DNA of 64,000 nucleotides from Candidatus Hydrogenedentota bacterium. GTDB taxonomy: Bacteria; Hydrogenedentota; Hydrogenedentia; Hydrogenedentales; SLHB01. The notes below the pieces were generated by a model. The model saw nothing but the letters and a program-made list of their open reading frames with translations. It was not told the origin of the DNA and ran no database searches. The position numbers were made by a program, and so were the translations under genes. The stretch lies in contig CAXXYE010000004.1 in assembly GCA_963674865.2 (NCBI GenBank), positions 224,001 through 288,000 of the forward strand, written 5' to 3'. Within the stretch, counting starts at the first letter, position 1. The number at the start of each line of letters is the position of its first letter. Below are positions 48,161-57,499 of the stretch, piece by piece.

Positions 48161-49063
48161 ATGAAGGAATGGAAGAATCCCCTGGTGAAGAAGGGCGCGT
48201 TGCCCGTCATAGCCTCTGAATCAACGCCGTTTGTGTTCAATGATCGCTTGTACCGGCTTGAGAACTTCCACAAGAGCGATGAGTTTCTCGACAAACCGGT
48301 CGACTATCGATTCCACGAGGATGGCTTTCGTATCCGGGATGTGGAAGCGGATCGCGTCGTGAGTGTGCCGCTGCTCAATCATTACTTCGCCATCGCGTAT
48401 GTCTGGCAGGGGAGGGTTTATGCGTTCGCGGGCGACCTCGGCGAGGATGAGCCTTGGTGGCATATCCGCAAGATCATCATGATCTCGTCGGATGATCTTA
48501 TCACGTGGACGAAGCCGCAGGTGGTGCTGCGTTCGGAGCGTGGCGAGCGCATGTTCAACACGGGGATCTGCCATGATGGCTCGCAGTTCGTGATGCTATA
48601 CGAGACGGATGACAAGCGCTGGCCGAAGTTCACGTTCAAGTATCTACGCTCGACGGATATGGTGAATTGGGAGCCTATTCCGAACGCCCTGTATGGCACG
48701 GACAAGTATGTCGGCGGGCCGGCGCTCTATTTCGAGGGCGGCTGGTATTACACGCTCTATCTGGAGTCGTTGGGAGAGGGGCGTTACGAGACTCGGATCA
48801 CACGCTCGAAGGATCTGGTGAACTGGCAGGATGCACCGGCGGGCCGCCCGTTCTTGCCTCACGATCCAAACCGGCAACCTGATCCGGTGAATCATCCCGA
48901 AGTGTGGGAACTCAACGCGTCCGATCCGGATTTGTGCGAGTACAAAGGCAAAACCATCGTCTACTTCAACGGGGGGAACCAACTGGGTGTCGGTGACTTT
49001 CAATGGGCGGAGTTTGACGGTTCGCCGCGCGAGTTGTTTGAGTGTTTCTTCCAGGAAGAATAG
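48161..49063 (+). CDS. Hypothetical beta-propeller glycoside-hydrolase-like protein
   Basis: Repeated S.DL..W motifs (SDDLITW, STDMVNW, SKDLVNW) and NASDPDL. Confidence 0.65.
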   Translation: MKEWKNPLVKKGALPVIASESTPFVFNDRLYRLENFHKSDEFLDKPVDYRFHEDGFRIRDVEADRVVSVPLLNHYFAIAYVWQGRVYAFAGDLGEDEPWWHIRKIIMISSDDLITWTKPQVVLRSERGERMFNTGICHDGSQFVMLYETDDKRWPKFTFKYLRSTDMVNWEPIPNALYGTDKYVGGPALYFEGGWYYTLYLESLGEGRYETRITRSKDLVNWQDAPAGRPFLPHDPNRQPDPVNHPEVWELNASDPDLCEYKGKTIVYFNGGNQLGVGDFQWAEFDGSPRELFECFFQEE

Positions 49064-49289
49064 GCCCCTAAGACGCGCCTGAGCACCAAGTTGTTTCCGT
49101 GGGATAGAGGGAACGAAAGGCGTCCTCCAGGTATTGTATTCGGGCGGCACACCATCTGGCGTGTGAAGGGAAGAGCCGCCTGTTGAGACATTGCGCGTGT
49201 CTGCACCTGTTCGCTTTTGGGTGCTTGGACAGTGTATGGAGTAACTGGAGGATGTCTGGCGAGTTGTTGCGGCCACGGAACCGGCGATC

Positions 49290-50687
49290 ATGAGACGGGG
49301 GATTCCTCTTGCCTGCGTCCTGGCGCTTGTTCTCGCAGGGGTCTTCCTGGCATTTCATCGGCGTCAGACGGACACGAATGTAGTTGTGACGGGGGAGGAG
49401 CCCGAGGCGACGGGCCGAGCCGTTCGAGCGGAACACGTTCCTGAACGTGAGGGGCCTGAACTCGCGACGTCACCTTCGGAATCGCCCCAGATGTCGGAGG
49501 CAGAGGAGCAGCCGCCCGCGCTCGCGCTCCACGGCATTGTCCTAAGCGTAGCTGGGCGTCGCGTCAATGGGGCGGAGGTCCTTATCAATGAGTCCGATGC
49601 ACAACCGGCGGCGACGACTGATGTGCGTGGGTTTTTCGACATACAGGAGTTGCCAGCAGCCACGCGGACACTGTTTGTGCGCCACGCGGACTATGTCGCC
49701 AAGTTAGTGCCAGTCAGGGAGGCGGCCGCAAGTGGAGAGACGCTCGAGATCACATTGAGGCGGGGGGCGACACTTACCGGCACCGTGACTTCCCTTGGGC
49801 GGCCTCTTGCCAACCACGAGGTGAAGTCCAATGACTCTGGCTCTTGGTTCTTCGGCCGCGAATCACGAGTTGCCAGGACGGATGGCCGTGGTGTCTATAA
49901 GTTCGCGCATCTCAGGTCCGGCCGCTACAGTCCGGTGTGCTTCCTTCACGAGGATGATGGTGAGTCGGCGCCCAGAAAACTGACTGTAGACGCAATTCTC
50001 GAGGATGAGAAGACAACGGTTGCGAACTTCGAGTTTCGCGAGTGGAACGCGTCTCTGGAAGGGCGGATTCTGTTCAACGGACAGCCTGCGCAAGACGCTT
50101 ATGTCGAGGCTGTGTGCCGTACCGAGGACGAGGCGAGGGAGTCATTTCAGGAAAGAGCCGATGCCGATGGATACTACCGGTTTGACATCCTGCCGTCCGG
50201 CACACTTGACGTGGCGATTCGGATGCGGGTGGGTACAGCAGAACTCCAGAGAACGACTGTCATCGAGATCCCGGCGGGGGTCGTCACAACCAGGGACTTT
50301 GCATTTGGGGGCGCCGGCGCGATCAGCGGCTACTGTCTTGGCCTTGACGAGCATGGTGGCCAGAGAAACAGAATCTCCAAGCCGGAAGTCGTGCTTCTCA
50401 AGGGCGATATCTGTGACTCGTTGGCCGAGGTCGGCCTCTTGGGAACGGAGATGATGACGAATATGGACGCGGCCCTTCATGCGTATCAAGAGGTTGCGGA
50501 GGACGGCTCATTTCGAATGGACAACCTTGAAGAAGGAGCCTACACCGTCATCCTGGTTGCTGATATTGGACTGAACAGTCCTTTGACGTATGCCTTTTCG
50601 TGTGCCGCTGTTTCGGGGGCGCAAGAAACGGAGATTATCCTCGGGCCGGACTTTGTCACGGAGTACGCTGAACCGGGGGAGAAGTAG
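49290..50687 (+). CDS. Membrane-anchored protein with repeated carboxypeptidase-regulatory-like (beta-sandwich) domains
   Basis: N-terminal TM and four T/A-D..G.F/Y...L..G.Y repeats. Confidence 0.75.
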   Translation: MRRGIPLACVLALVLAGVFLAFHRRQTDTNVVVTGEEPEATGRAVRAEHVPEREGPELATSPSESPQMSEAEEQPPALALHGIVLSVAGRRVNGAEVLINESDAQPAATTDVRGFFDIQELPAATRTLFVRHADYVAKLVPVREAAASGETLEITLRRGATLTGTVTSLGRPLANHEVKSNDSGSWFFGRESRVARTDGRGVYKFAHLRSGRYSPVCFLHEDDGESAPRKLTVDAILEDEKTTVANFEFREWNASLEGRILFNGQPAQDAYVEAVCRTEDEARESFQERADADGYYRFDILPSGTLDVAIRMRVGTAELQRTTVIEIPAGVVTTRDFAFGGAGAISGYCLGLDEHGGQRNRISKPEVVLLKGDICDSLAEVGLLGTEMMTNMDAALHAYQEVAEDGSFRMDNLEEGAYTVILVADIGLNSPLTYAFSCAAVSGAQETEIILGPDFVTEYAEPGEK

Positions 50688-50720
50688 CGGACTCCGCAGA
50701 GGTTCTGGGACAGCTTCCAG

Positions 50721-52673
50721 TCAAAGTCCTGGTGCGGGCGTGTTGAGCCATGCCAGGTTGAATGTGTGGTGCAACCGGCTGCTGATGAGGTGTATGAGCC
50801 CGTTTGCGCCTTGGCAGGAGGCCACGTATCCAGCCGGTTCGGACGTTGTCTTGCTCATCATGCAGAAGCGTCCATCCATCGTCTCTACCATACGTCCCGG
50901 GCCGTCGTCGCTCACCGGCCTGCGTATGGGCCATGTTGCGCCATCGTCGAATGATACGGCGCAGTAGAGTCCGGTGATCGGCCGCTCCACACCGGTGGCG
51001 TCTTTGATTGGCATGGGTTCATTGGCGAATGATGCGAAGAAGAGCGGGCCTTCGCGCAGTCGCTTGAGCACTACGCGCTGCGAGGAGCGCACGGGGGGGA
51101 AGGGACTCGCGGAATAGCTCCATGTCCGGCCCATATCGTTGGAGATGCTCTGGGGCATCATGCCGTCGATATTGGCGTTTCGGCCAAAGGCCAGTAGCCG
51201 GCCGTCCGCCAGTTGCGCCACGCCCGCGTGGATGCCGGCGATAGTGCCGCCCGCATCATGCCAGGTGTCGCCGTCGTTGCCGCTTAGCCATAGGGCCGTG
51301 CCGTACTGGCCTCGGCCGACAGCGTCGCAGGTGAGCACGACGGTTCCGTCCTGGGCGCGAAAGGCCGATTCGATGGGCATGTGCCGGAGGCCGTGCTCGG
51401 GGACGATATACCGGGGCGTGGTCCAGGTGGCGCCGCTGTCATTGGAGGTGCGCATGACGATGGCGATGCTGCCCCAGGTTGCCGCGGCGGACACTCCGAT
51501 GAAATGGTGGATGCTGTCGCCATCGCGCCAGAGGAGCGAGGAGCCTATCGTGCGATCCGCCGGGCCCCAGAAGGCCGACGCCGGTTCCCATTCGTCTGTG
51601 CCATACCTACGGCGGCTGCCTGCCAAGGTTGTCTCACGGCCAGGCTCCTGGACGCAGGTATACCAGCAGGCCAGGAGGTCGCCGTTCGGGCATTCGGTGA
51701 TCGCCGGTACATGATTGTGATGTGCGAAAAGGGGGCCGTTCGCCCTGGGGGATATGCGTACGAACGGTTGGGGACGGGCGTAGTACGGCTTGTTGCTCGG
51801 CGGCGCGGCCTCGAGGTCCGCGGGCTGCTCCTGCTTGACGTTGTCGAGGCACATGGGGAGTGGGGGCGGGGGCAGCGGCTCAGTGTCCGGCATGGCGCCT
51901 AGGACGGGGCGGAATCCTATCAGCCAGCTTCGTTCCTCCGGCAGGGCGGCCATGCGGTTGGCCGAGCGCAGGTAGAAGAGTTCCGTCGAGTGGCTTCCGC
52001 CGCGTGTTACGCGGAATTCGCCGGACGCCCGCCCGAGCGGGTCCTGCTGCTCGCCCTCCTCGTAGGGGCCGTACCAGTCGAGGCACCACTCTTCGACGAG
52101 GCCGTGCATGGCCCATAGGCCCCATGGATTGGGCCTTTTCTGCATACAGCGCAATGTGACAATGTCTTCCCGTCCGCTTCTTCGAGGATCCGGATACCAG
52201 GATCGGTGTTGGTTCTTCCGGGAGTATTCGTGCAAGGTCATCCCTGTGCTATAGGGGGTCGTTGTGCCCGCGCGGCAGGCATATTCCCATTCAGCTTCCG
52301 TCGGCAAGCGGTATGGCAGGCCCTCTCTGTCCGAAAGCCAGTCACAGAAGCCAACGGCCTCGTGCCAACTGATGAATACGACGGCTTCATCGTCATCTTG
52401 GGAGAAGCCGAGTTTTCCGCGCAATTGGGCGTGAGCCGCGTCGAACTGTTCATAGACGGCGTTCGTGACGGGATGTGCCGCCATGTAGAAAGGCCGCGTG
52501 ATGTGCACGGTGTGAACCGGCTGCTCGTCGTGATCCCCTAGTTGGCGGTGCGGCAATCCGGCAATGCCCTCCGGCAGCGGGGTGGTGTCTACGCCCATGG
52601 TGAACGTGCCGGGCTCGAGCCTGACAAGCTGCTGGCCGAGTGAGTTGGTGTGTTCTTTGTCGGAAGGGAACAT
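50721..52673 (-). CDS. FGE/SUMF1-like domain fused to a BNR/Asp-box sialidase-like domain
   Basis: RLPTEAEWEYACRAG, PNPWGL..MHG.V.EW and RGGS. Asp boxes SNDSGATW, NDGDTW, SNDMGRTW and SFDDGATW. Confidence 0.85.
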   Translation of the reverse strand: MFPSDKEHTNSLGQQLVRLEPGTFTMGVDTTPLPEGIAGLPHRQLGDHDEQPVHTVHITRPFYMAAHPVTNAVYEQFDAAHAQLRGKLGFSQDDDEAVVFISWHEAVGFCDWLSDREGLPYRLPTEAEWEYACRAGTTTPYSTGMTLHEYSRKNQHRSWYPDPRRSGREDIVTLRCMQKRPNPWGLWAMHGLVEEWCLDWYGPYEEGEQQDPLGRASGEFRVTRGGSHSTELFYLRSANRMAALPEERSWLIGFRPVLGAMPDTEPLPPPPLPMCLDNVKQEQPADLEAAPPSNKPYYARPQPFVRISPRANGPLFAHHNHVPAITECPNGDLLACWYTCVQEPGRETTLAGSRRRYGTDEWEPASAFWGPADRTIGSSLLWRDGDSIHHFIGVSAAATWGSIAIVMRTSNDSGATWTTPRYIVPEHGLRHMPIESAFRAQDGTVVLTCDAVGRGQYGTALWLSGNDGDTWHDAGGTIAGIHAGVAQLADGRLLAFGRNANIDGMMPQSISNDMGRTWSYSASPFPPVRSSQRVVLKRLREGPLFFASFANEPMPIKDATGVERPITGLYCAVSFDDGATWPIRRPVSDDGPGRMVETMDGRFCMMSKTTSEPAGYVASCQGANGLIHLISSRLHHTFNLAWLNTPAPGL

Positions 52674-52773
52674 GATCTTGGGCTCTCTTTCGTCTTACTG
52701 TCGGTAAGTGATGTTGGGGGCGACTTCTTTCCCACTCTAGAGGCGCTGGATTGAAGGTTCAAGGGAAGCGCGG

Positions 52774-53946
52774 CTAGCGAAACACCTGTGCCAGTGCTTC
52801 GAGGTATGCCGTGCCGTGCTCGCTGTCGGGTTCAAGATGGCTGCCTTCCGTCCACTCGTTCCAGCAGTTCACGGTGACGATACGCGGCGAAACGCCGCGT
52901 GCTTCGATCCAGTCACGCACCGCCCGGCAGGCCGCCTCGAAGTTCTCGGGGGTGTTGTTACCGATAGTGGCCATGAACGGATAGCGCCATGTGTCGAAGG
53001 CGTCCGACTGCACGGTACGCGGACTGGGGTCCCAGCCCATGGTGATGTTGGGGAAGTAGGGCACGTCCATGGCTTCGGCATGCGCGTCCGCGAAGGCTAG
53101 GTATTTCCTCTGGACCTCGCGGTAGTCGGTTTCGGGAAAGTTCTCGAGCGCCACGTGATGAATCCACACGTAGGATGTTACTGAGTCGAAGTTGAGGGCC
53201 TTCACGATTAGGGCGGGGTCCATCGGCGCCGTCTCGCCCGGCAGGATGGCGCGTCCCCACACCACCGCGTTGAGGTGAAGGCCGGGCAGTCCGGCTTCCA
53301 CGCATTTCGCCCTGAACGCGTCGAGGGCGGCGCGGGTCGCGTCTACGCTCCCAAAGCTCGCGAGCAGGGCCGTGAGGTCGTAGATGGAGAAGTAGGGCCT
53401 TCCCTTGATTGTCCAGTAAGAGGGGTGGGGGAAGTAGGTCTTGACGAGAAACGTTGTCATGCGTTCCCATGTCTCGGGGGTGATTTTTCCGGGGAACTGT
53501 AACAGGGGTTGAACATGTCGCTTTGCGGGATGGATATCGGTCCAATCGTGGTTGGCCCACATCACGCCGAACTTCAGGCGATTGTTGTTTCTAGCTCCGA
53601 GGAAGCCCTTTTCGATGCCGCGTTCAAGGAATGGGCCATCATCATAGTAATACCAGTCAAAGATGAAGGCGTCGATTCCGTGGTTTGCCGCCGCGTCAAT
53701 CTTCTTTGCCATGATTTTGGGATCAGCCTCGTCTGTGTATCCCCATGCGGGGACTTTGGGCTGATGATGTCCAGGCCAGCGCGGCTTGGCTGCCTTGACG
53801 AGTTCCCACTCCGTCCAGCCGGGGCCGTGTTGGGCTTCATTGCGCGGATCGACGTGGTAGTTGGGGAAGTAGTAGCAGGCGATGGTAATGGGATCCGTGG
53901 CCGCGGGGGCGGCGGCGAGGGCAAGCGGTAGAAAGATGTGTGCCAT
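52774..53946 (-). CDS. GH99-like/WbsX family protein
   Basis: CYYFPNYH, GWTEW, WANHDW, GWDPSPR and WNEWTEGSHLEPD. Confidence 0.85.
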   Translation of the reverse strand: MAHIFLPLALAAAPAATDPITIACYYFPNYHVDPRNEAQHGPGWTEWELVKAAKPRWPGHHQPKVPAWGYTDEADPKIMAKKIDAAANHGIDAFIFDWYYYDDGPFLERGIEKGFLGARNNNRLKFGVMWANHDWTDIHPAKRHVQPLLQFPGKITPETWERMTTFLVKTYFPHPSYWTIKGRPYFSIYDLTALLASFGSVDATRAALDAFRAKCVEAGLPGLHLNAVVWGRAILPGETAPMDPALIVKALNFDSVTSYVWIHHVALENFPETDYREVQRKYLAFADAHAEAMDVPYFPNITMGWDPSPRTVQSDAFDTWRYPFMATIGNNTPENFEAACRAVRDWIEARGVSPRIVTVNCWNEWTEGSHLEPDSEHGTAYLEALAQVFR

Positions 53947-53961
53947 TCAAGAGGGCTCCCT

Positions 53962-54900
53962 TCAGTCTAATGGCTTTCCGATGAGCGAGAGGCCGCGGAT
54001 AGCGCCTTTGGCTTTGGACAGGCCGGGCATCTCCCAACCGATGTTGATGTGGACGATACGGTAGGCGTTGAGGGTGCCGGGGGAATCAGCCAGTGCGCCG
54101 CGTGCCTTCGCTTTGGCTAGTCCATCCGCAATCAAGGGCAGCAGGTCGGCTTCGATCTTGATCCAAGTTCCCTCGTGGAGCGATGGGCGATCCGCGAAGT
54201 ACTCCCGCGAGGATGGTATGAAGATACTCCGCCGTCCGGCTTGGGGCATATCGGGATTGAAGTCAACATGAAGCGATTCGTCATGGAAGGGCTTTCGCGA
54301 GTCGTATAGCGGCACGCCAAACCAGAAGAAGTCATTGCGGCCGGGGGAATCCGGCTGGTCGTCCTTGACGATGAAGAAGATCTGGAACTGAGCTGCGTGC
54401 AGGCCGGGGTCATAGCCTTTTTCGGCGTCCTCGATGTTATTGGCCTCCAGAATCCTCGCCTCGAGACTCAGTGTCAGGGATTCCAACCGGCCGAGGAAGG
54501 GCGAGTTGAGGCTCTGTTGAACCAGGAGATGCGGCCATCCCTGCGTCGCTTCGCGGAATGCGCCGTGATACTCAGTGATGGAATCGAGGCCAAGGATAAG
54601 CATGCCGTCGCTGTGGCGGAACTCGACCAATTTGGTTTCATCGTCGAATACCATGGCGCCATTCTCCATACTGCGCCGTTTGAGGGTGCTTTGCAGATTG
54701 AAGCGCGTGTGCCACTGGGCGATCTCCCAGGCCGGCTCCGGCCCGTCGTCCAGGTATTTCTCGACGCGGCAAACCTGCTTGGTAGCGGGATCCATTATTG
54801 CGAATCCATCCTGGAAACCTTGATCGCGAAGGATTGTGATGTATTCATCGGCATGTGCTATGCCGGATACCAGGAAGACGAACAGCGCGGCACTCATCAT
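53962..54900 (-). CDS. Hypothetical secreted protein
   Basis: Signal peptide ending AHA. Motifs WPHLLVQQ, WFGVPLYD and NIGWEMPG. Family not recognised. Confidence 0.7.
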   Translation of the reverse strand: MMSAALFVFLVSGIAHADEYITILRDQGFQDGFAIMDPATKQVCRVEKYLDDGPEPAWEIAQWHTRFNLQSTLKRRSMENGAMVFDDETKLVEFRHSDGMLILGLDSITEYHGAFREATQGWPHLLVQQSLNSPFLGRLESLTLSLEARILEANNIEDAEKGYDPGLHAAQFQIFFIVKDDQPDSPGRNDFFWFGVPLYDSRKPFHDESLHVDFNPDMPQAGRRSIFIPSSREYFADRPSLHEGTWIKIEADLLPLIADGLAKAKARGALADSPGTLNAYRIVHINIGWEMPGLSKAKGAIRGLSLIGKPLD

Positions 54901-55058
54901 GAAATCACCCCGGTCGTCTAGGTTCCATTTGGGCATACTGGTCGAACAATGATCTCGACGGAAGTGTATCTCACTGAGCCTGCCTGGGGAAACAGGGCGT
55001 GAAGCGGATGTCGGCGCGTTTCATGCGTGAGTATGGCGAAACGGCACTCGGCTGGAGG

Positions 55059-55319
55059 TCATCCGTGAGGCGCGTTAGGTATCCTAACGAGAAACGTGGT
55101 TCCGGCCCCATGCCGTCTTTCGACGGATATGTCGCCCAAGTTCATGGTTACTACACCGCGGGCAGTGTCCGGCGTAACGTGCTCTTCTTGAGTTCGGGAT
55201 GTCTGATGAGGCACGGGGAGAGCGTCGTCGGCGTTCGCGCAGGCCATGACGGGGCGGCGGCTCACGGAGAGTTCCGATACACCGGCTTCGTCGATGGCGG
55301 CGCGGATCAGGTGTAGCAC
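55059..55319 (-). pseudogene. Degenerate histidine-kinase ATPase (HATPase_c) fragment
   Basis: The C-terminus GDISVERRHGAGTTFLVRIP resembles the ends of the two neighbouring kinases, but H, N and G1 boxes are absent. Confidence 0.45.
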
Positions 55320-55502
55320 ATCCGGCAGCGGCCGGGTGGCGATGTGATGAGTGGAACGGCCGTGCGGCCAGAATGTCTCATGGCGCTCGTAGTTTGCTGC
55401 ACCTTTCGCTTAGGTACTTGAGTCCCGGCCCCGCCAGGTGGCGCCCAAGCGCTGGATGGCCTCTCCCTCGGGGCCGCCGGTGCACTTCGGCGGCCGTGGG
55501 GA

Positions 55503-56981
55503 CTAGTCGGCGATGGGAAGACTCACGGTGAACGTAGTTCCCCGATCCGGCACGCTGACGGCGGCCACGTGTCCTTGATGCGTCTCGACGAGCCTCTTCA
55601 CGAGGCTTAGGCCCAAACCGCTGCCCGGGATCTCAACGGTATGCTGATTCTTGGCCCGGTAGAATTCATCAAACGCGTGTTCCAGTTCATCCTCCGCCAT
55701 CCCTATTCCGTCATCTTTCACGGTGACATGCACGAAGACATCGTTTTGGGCCACGTGCAAGTCCACGTGGCCGTCAGAGTGGGAGTACTTCACGGCATTG
55801 TTGATGAGGTTGCCGAATATGATGAGCAGCGAGTCGGGGTCGGCCAACACGCGTGTATCTTCGGTTCCCGGCGCGATGGAGAGATTCAGGGCGATCTTCT
55901 TCTGTTCCGCCTTCTCCCTATTGGTATCGAGCGAGTTTTTCACAACCTCAGAGATGTTGACAGGGGAGCGCCTAAGTGCGAATTTGCCCGCCTTGATGGC
56001 CTGGAGGTCGAGCAGCTCTTCAATCAACTCTCTCAGAGCACTGATGCGGAGCAAGGAACGCGTGAGCATATGCCGCTGTTTGTCGGGATCGCCTTCTACC
56101 AGGCCGTTAAGAATGAGTTGAAGATAGTTGGCGACCGCCGCGAGGGGGCTCTTCAACTCGTGGGCAACCATGGACACGAACATGGATTTTGTGGTGTCGA
56201 GTTTTTTCAGGGCGGTAATGTCGCGCAGGACGGCCACGGCGCCCACGAGGGTGGCGTCCGGCTCGAAGACGGGACTTGCGCTGGCCAAGAAAGTCTGCTT
56301 GTCGACGGTGATTTCCTTGGACTCGATGACGGGGCCGGAGTCGGCACTCAGGGCTTGTTCGATGAGCTCGGCCAACATGGTACAGCCGATGTCCGAGACA
56401 GGGGAGGAAAGCGGCTGTTGCGCGCACGAGGGCATGGTACTCATGATGGCGGCATTTCGGAGAACAACCTGCCTATCACGGTTGACAACCAGGACGCCGT
56501 CGGTCATGCAACTAATGATGGTGTTGCATCTGGAACGCTCGACGGCTACCTCGAGAAGGCGGTTCTCTTTTTCCTCGCGAAGCCGGCGCGCCTCGATTGT
56601 CAGCGCGCGATGCTCGATGCCGTTTCGGACGGGTAAAAGCAACTCGTCTGGGGTGAATGGTTTAGGTATATATGCATAGGCTCCGCGGTGTGTTGCCTCA
56701 ACCGCGGTCTCTATGGTGGCGTAGGCCGTGATGACGAGGATGACGACATCCTTGTCGAGTGCCCGAAGCTTCTCAATCAATTCCATGCCGCCCATGCGCG
56801 GCATATTGAGGTCGACTAGAGCCATGGCAAAGTCGTTGCGGCTCTGGAAGAGCTCGAGTCCGGCCACGCCATCCGGGGCATCTTCAACAATGAATCCCTC
56901 AGGCGTGAGAATCTTGCGGCATCCCTGGCGCATGCCCTCTTCGTCGTCCACTACGAGGACGCGGGTGACTTCTTCGCTCAT
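55503..56981 (-). CDS. Hybrid receiver-PAS-histidine kinase
   Basis: REC (VDDE, DLNMP, KPF), PAS, H box VAHELKSPL, N box NAVKY, DDGIG and GSGLGL. No TM segment. Confidence 0.93.
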   Translation of the reverse strand: MSEEVTRVLVVDDEEGMRQGCRKILTPEGFIVEDAPDGVAGLELFQSRNDFAMALVDLNMPRMGGMELIEKLRALDKDVVILVITAYATIETAVEATHRGAYAYIPKPFTPDELLLPVRNGIEHRALTIEARRLREEKENRLLEVAVERSRCNTIISCMTDGVLVVNRDRQVVLRNAAIMSTMPSCAQQPLSSPVSDIGCTMLAELIEQALSADSGPVIESKEITVDKQTFLASASPVFEPDATLVGAVAVLRDITALKKLDTTKSMFVSMVAHELKSPLAAVANYLQLILNGLVEGDPDKQRHMLTRSLLRISALRELIEELLDLQAIKAGKFALRRSPVNISEVVKNSLDTNREKAEQKKIALNLSIAPGTEDTRVLADPDSLLIIFGNLINNAVKYSHSDGHVDLHVAQNDVFVHVTVKDDGIGMAEDELEHAFDEFYRAKNQHTVEIPGSGLGLSLVKRLVETHQGHVAAVSVPDRGTTFTVSLPIAD

Positions 56982-57436
56982 TCTGCGTTCTCCCTTGGCT
57001 TTGTGGGAGTCCCATGCCCCTGCGGCGACGCGTCCTGTGATGCCAGAAGCCTATGCACTTCGCCCAGCAGTTGTTGGGGGTCGAGAGGTTTGCTCAAGAA
57101 TGCATCCGTGTTCATGGCCGCGAGATCTTCGTCGGTATGTGGGCGGAAATCGAATCCGCGTTGCGCCGCGGCCGCGGTGACGAGTATGACGGGGAGATGC
57201 TTTGCGCTCGTCATGTCTTTAATGCTCCGGGCAAGTGTGAAGCCGGAATCGAGAGCACTCATCATGAGGTCCGTGATCACAAGATCAGGCAGGTTTTCCT
57301 CCAGACGGGCCAAGGCTTCCGTGGGATCGGCGCACGTCCGAACACCATATCCTGCTCCTTCGAGGACGCACTTGGCCCAGAGAAGAAAGTCCACGTCGTC
57401 GTCGACAATCAGGATGTTCGCCGAAGACTTCGTCAT
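56978..57436 (-). CDS. Single-domain response regulator
   Basis: IVDDD, TDLMM, VTA and SKP. No output domain. ATGA overlap with the hybrid kinase. Confidence 0.9.
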   Translation of the reverse strand: MTKSSANILIVDDDVDFLLWAKCVLEGAGYGVRTCADPTEALARLEENLPDLVITDLMMSALDSGFTLARSIKDMTSAKHLPVILVTAAAAQRGFDFRPHTDEDLAAMNTDAFLSKPLDPQQLLGEVHRLLASQDASPQGHGTPTKPRENAE

Positions 57437-57499
57437 GTCACATGCGCTCCCATGGGGCAAGTTCGTGGTATTCACGCCCCGGATGGCCCCAATCCATTC

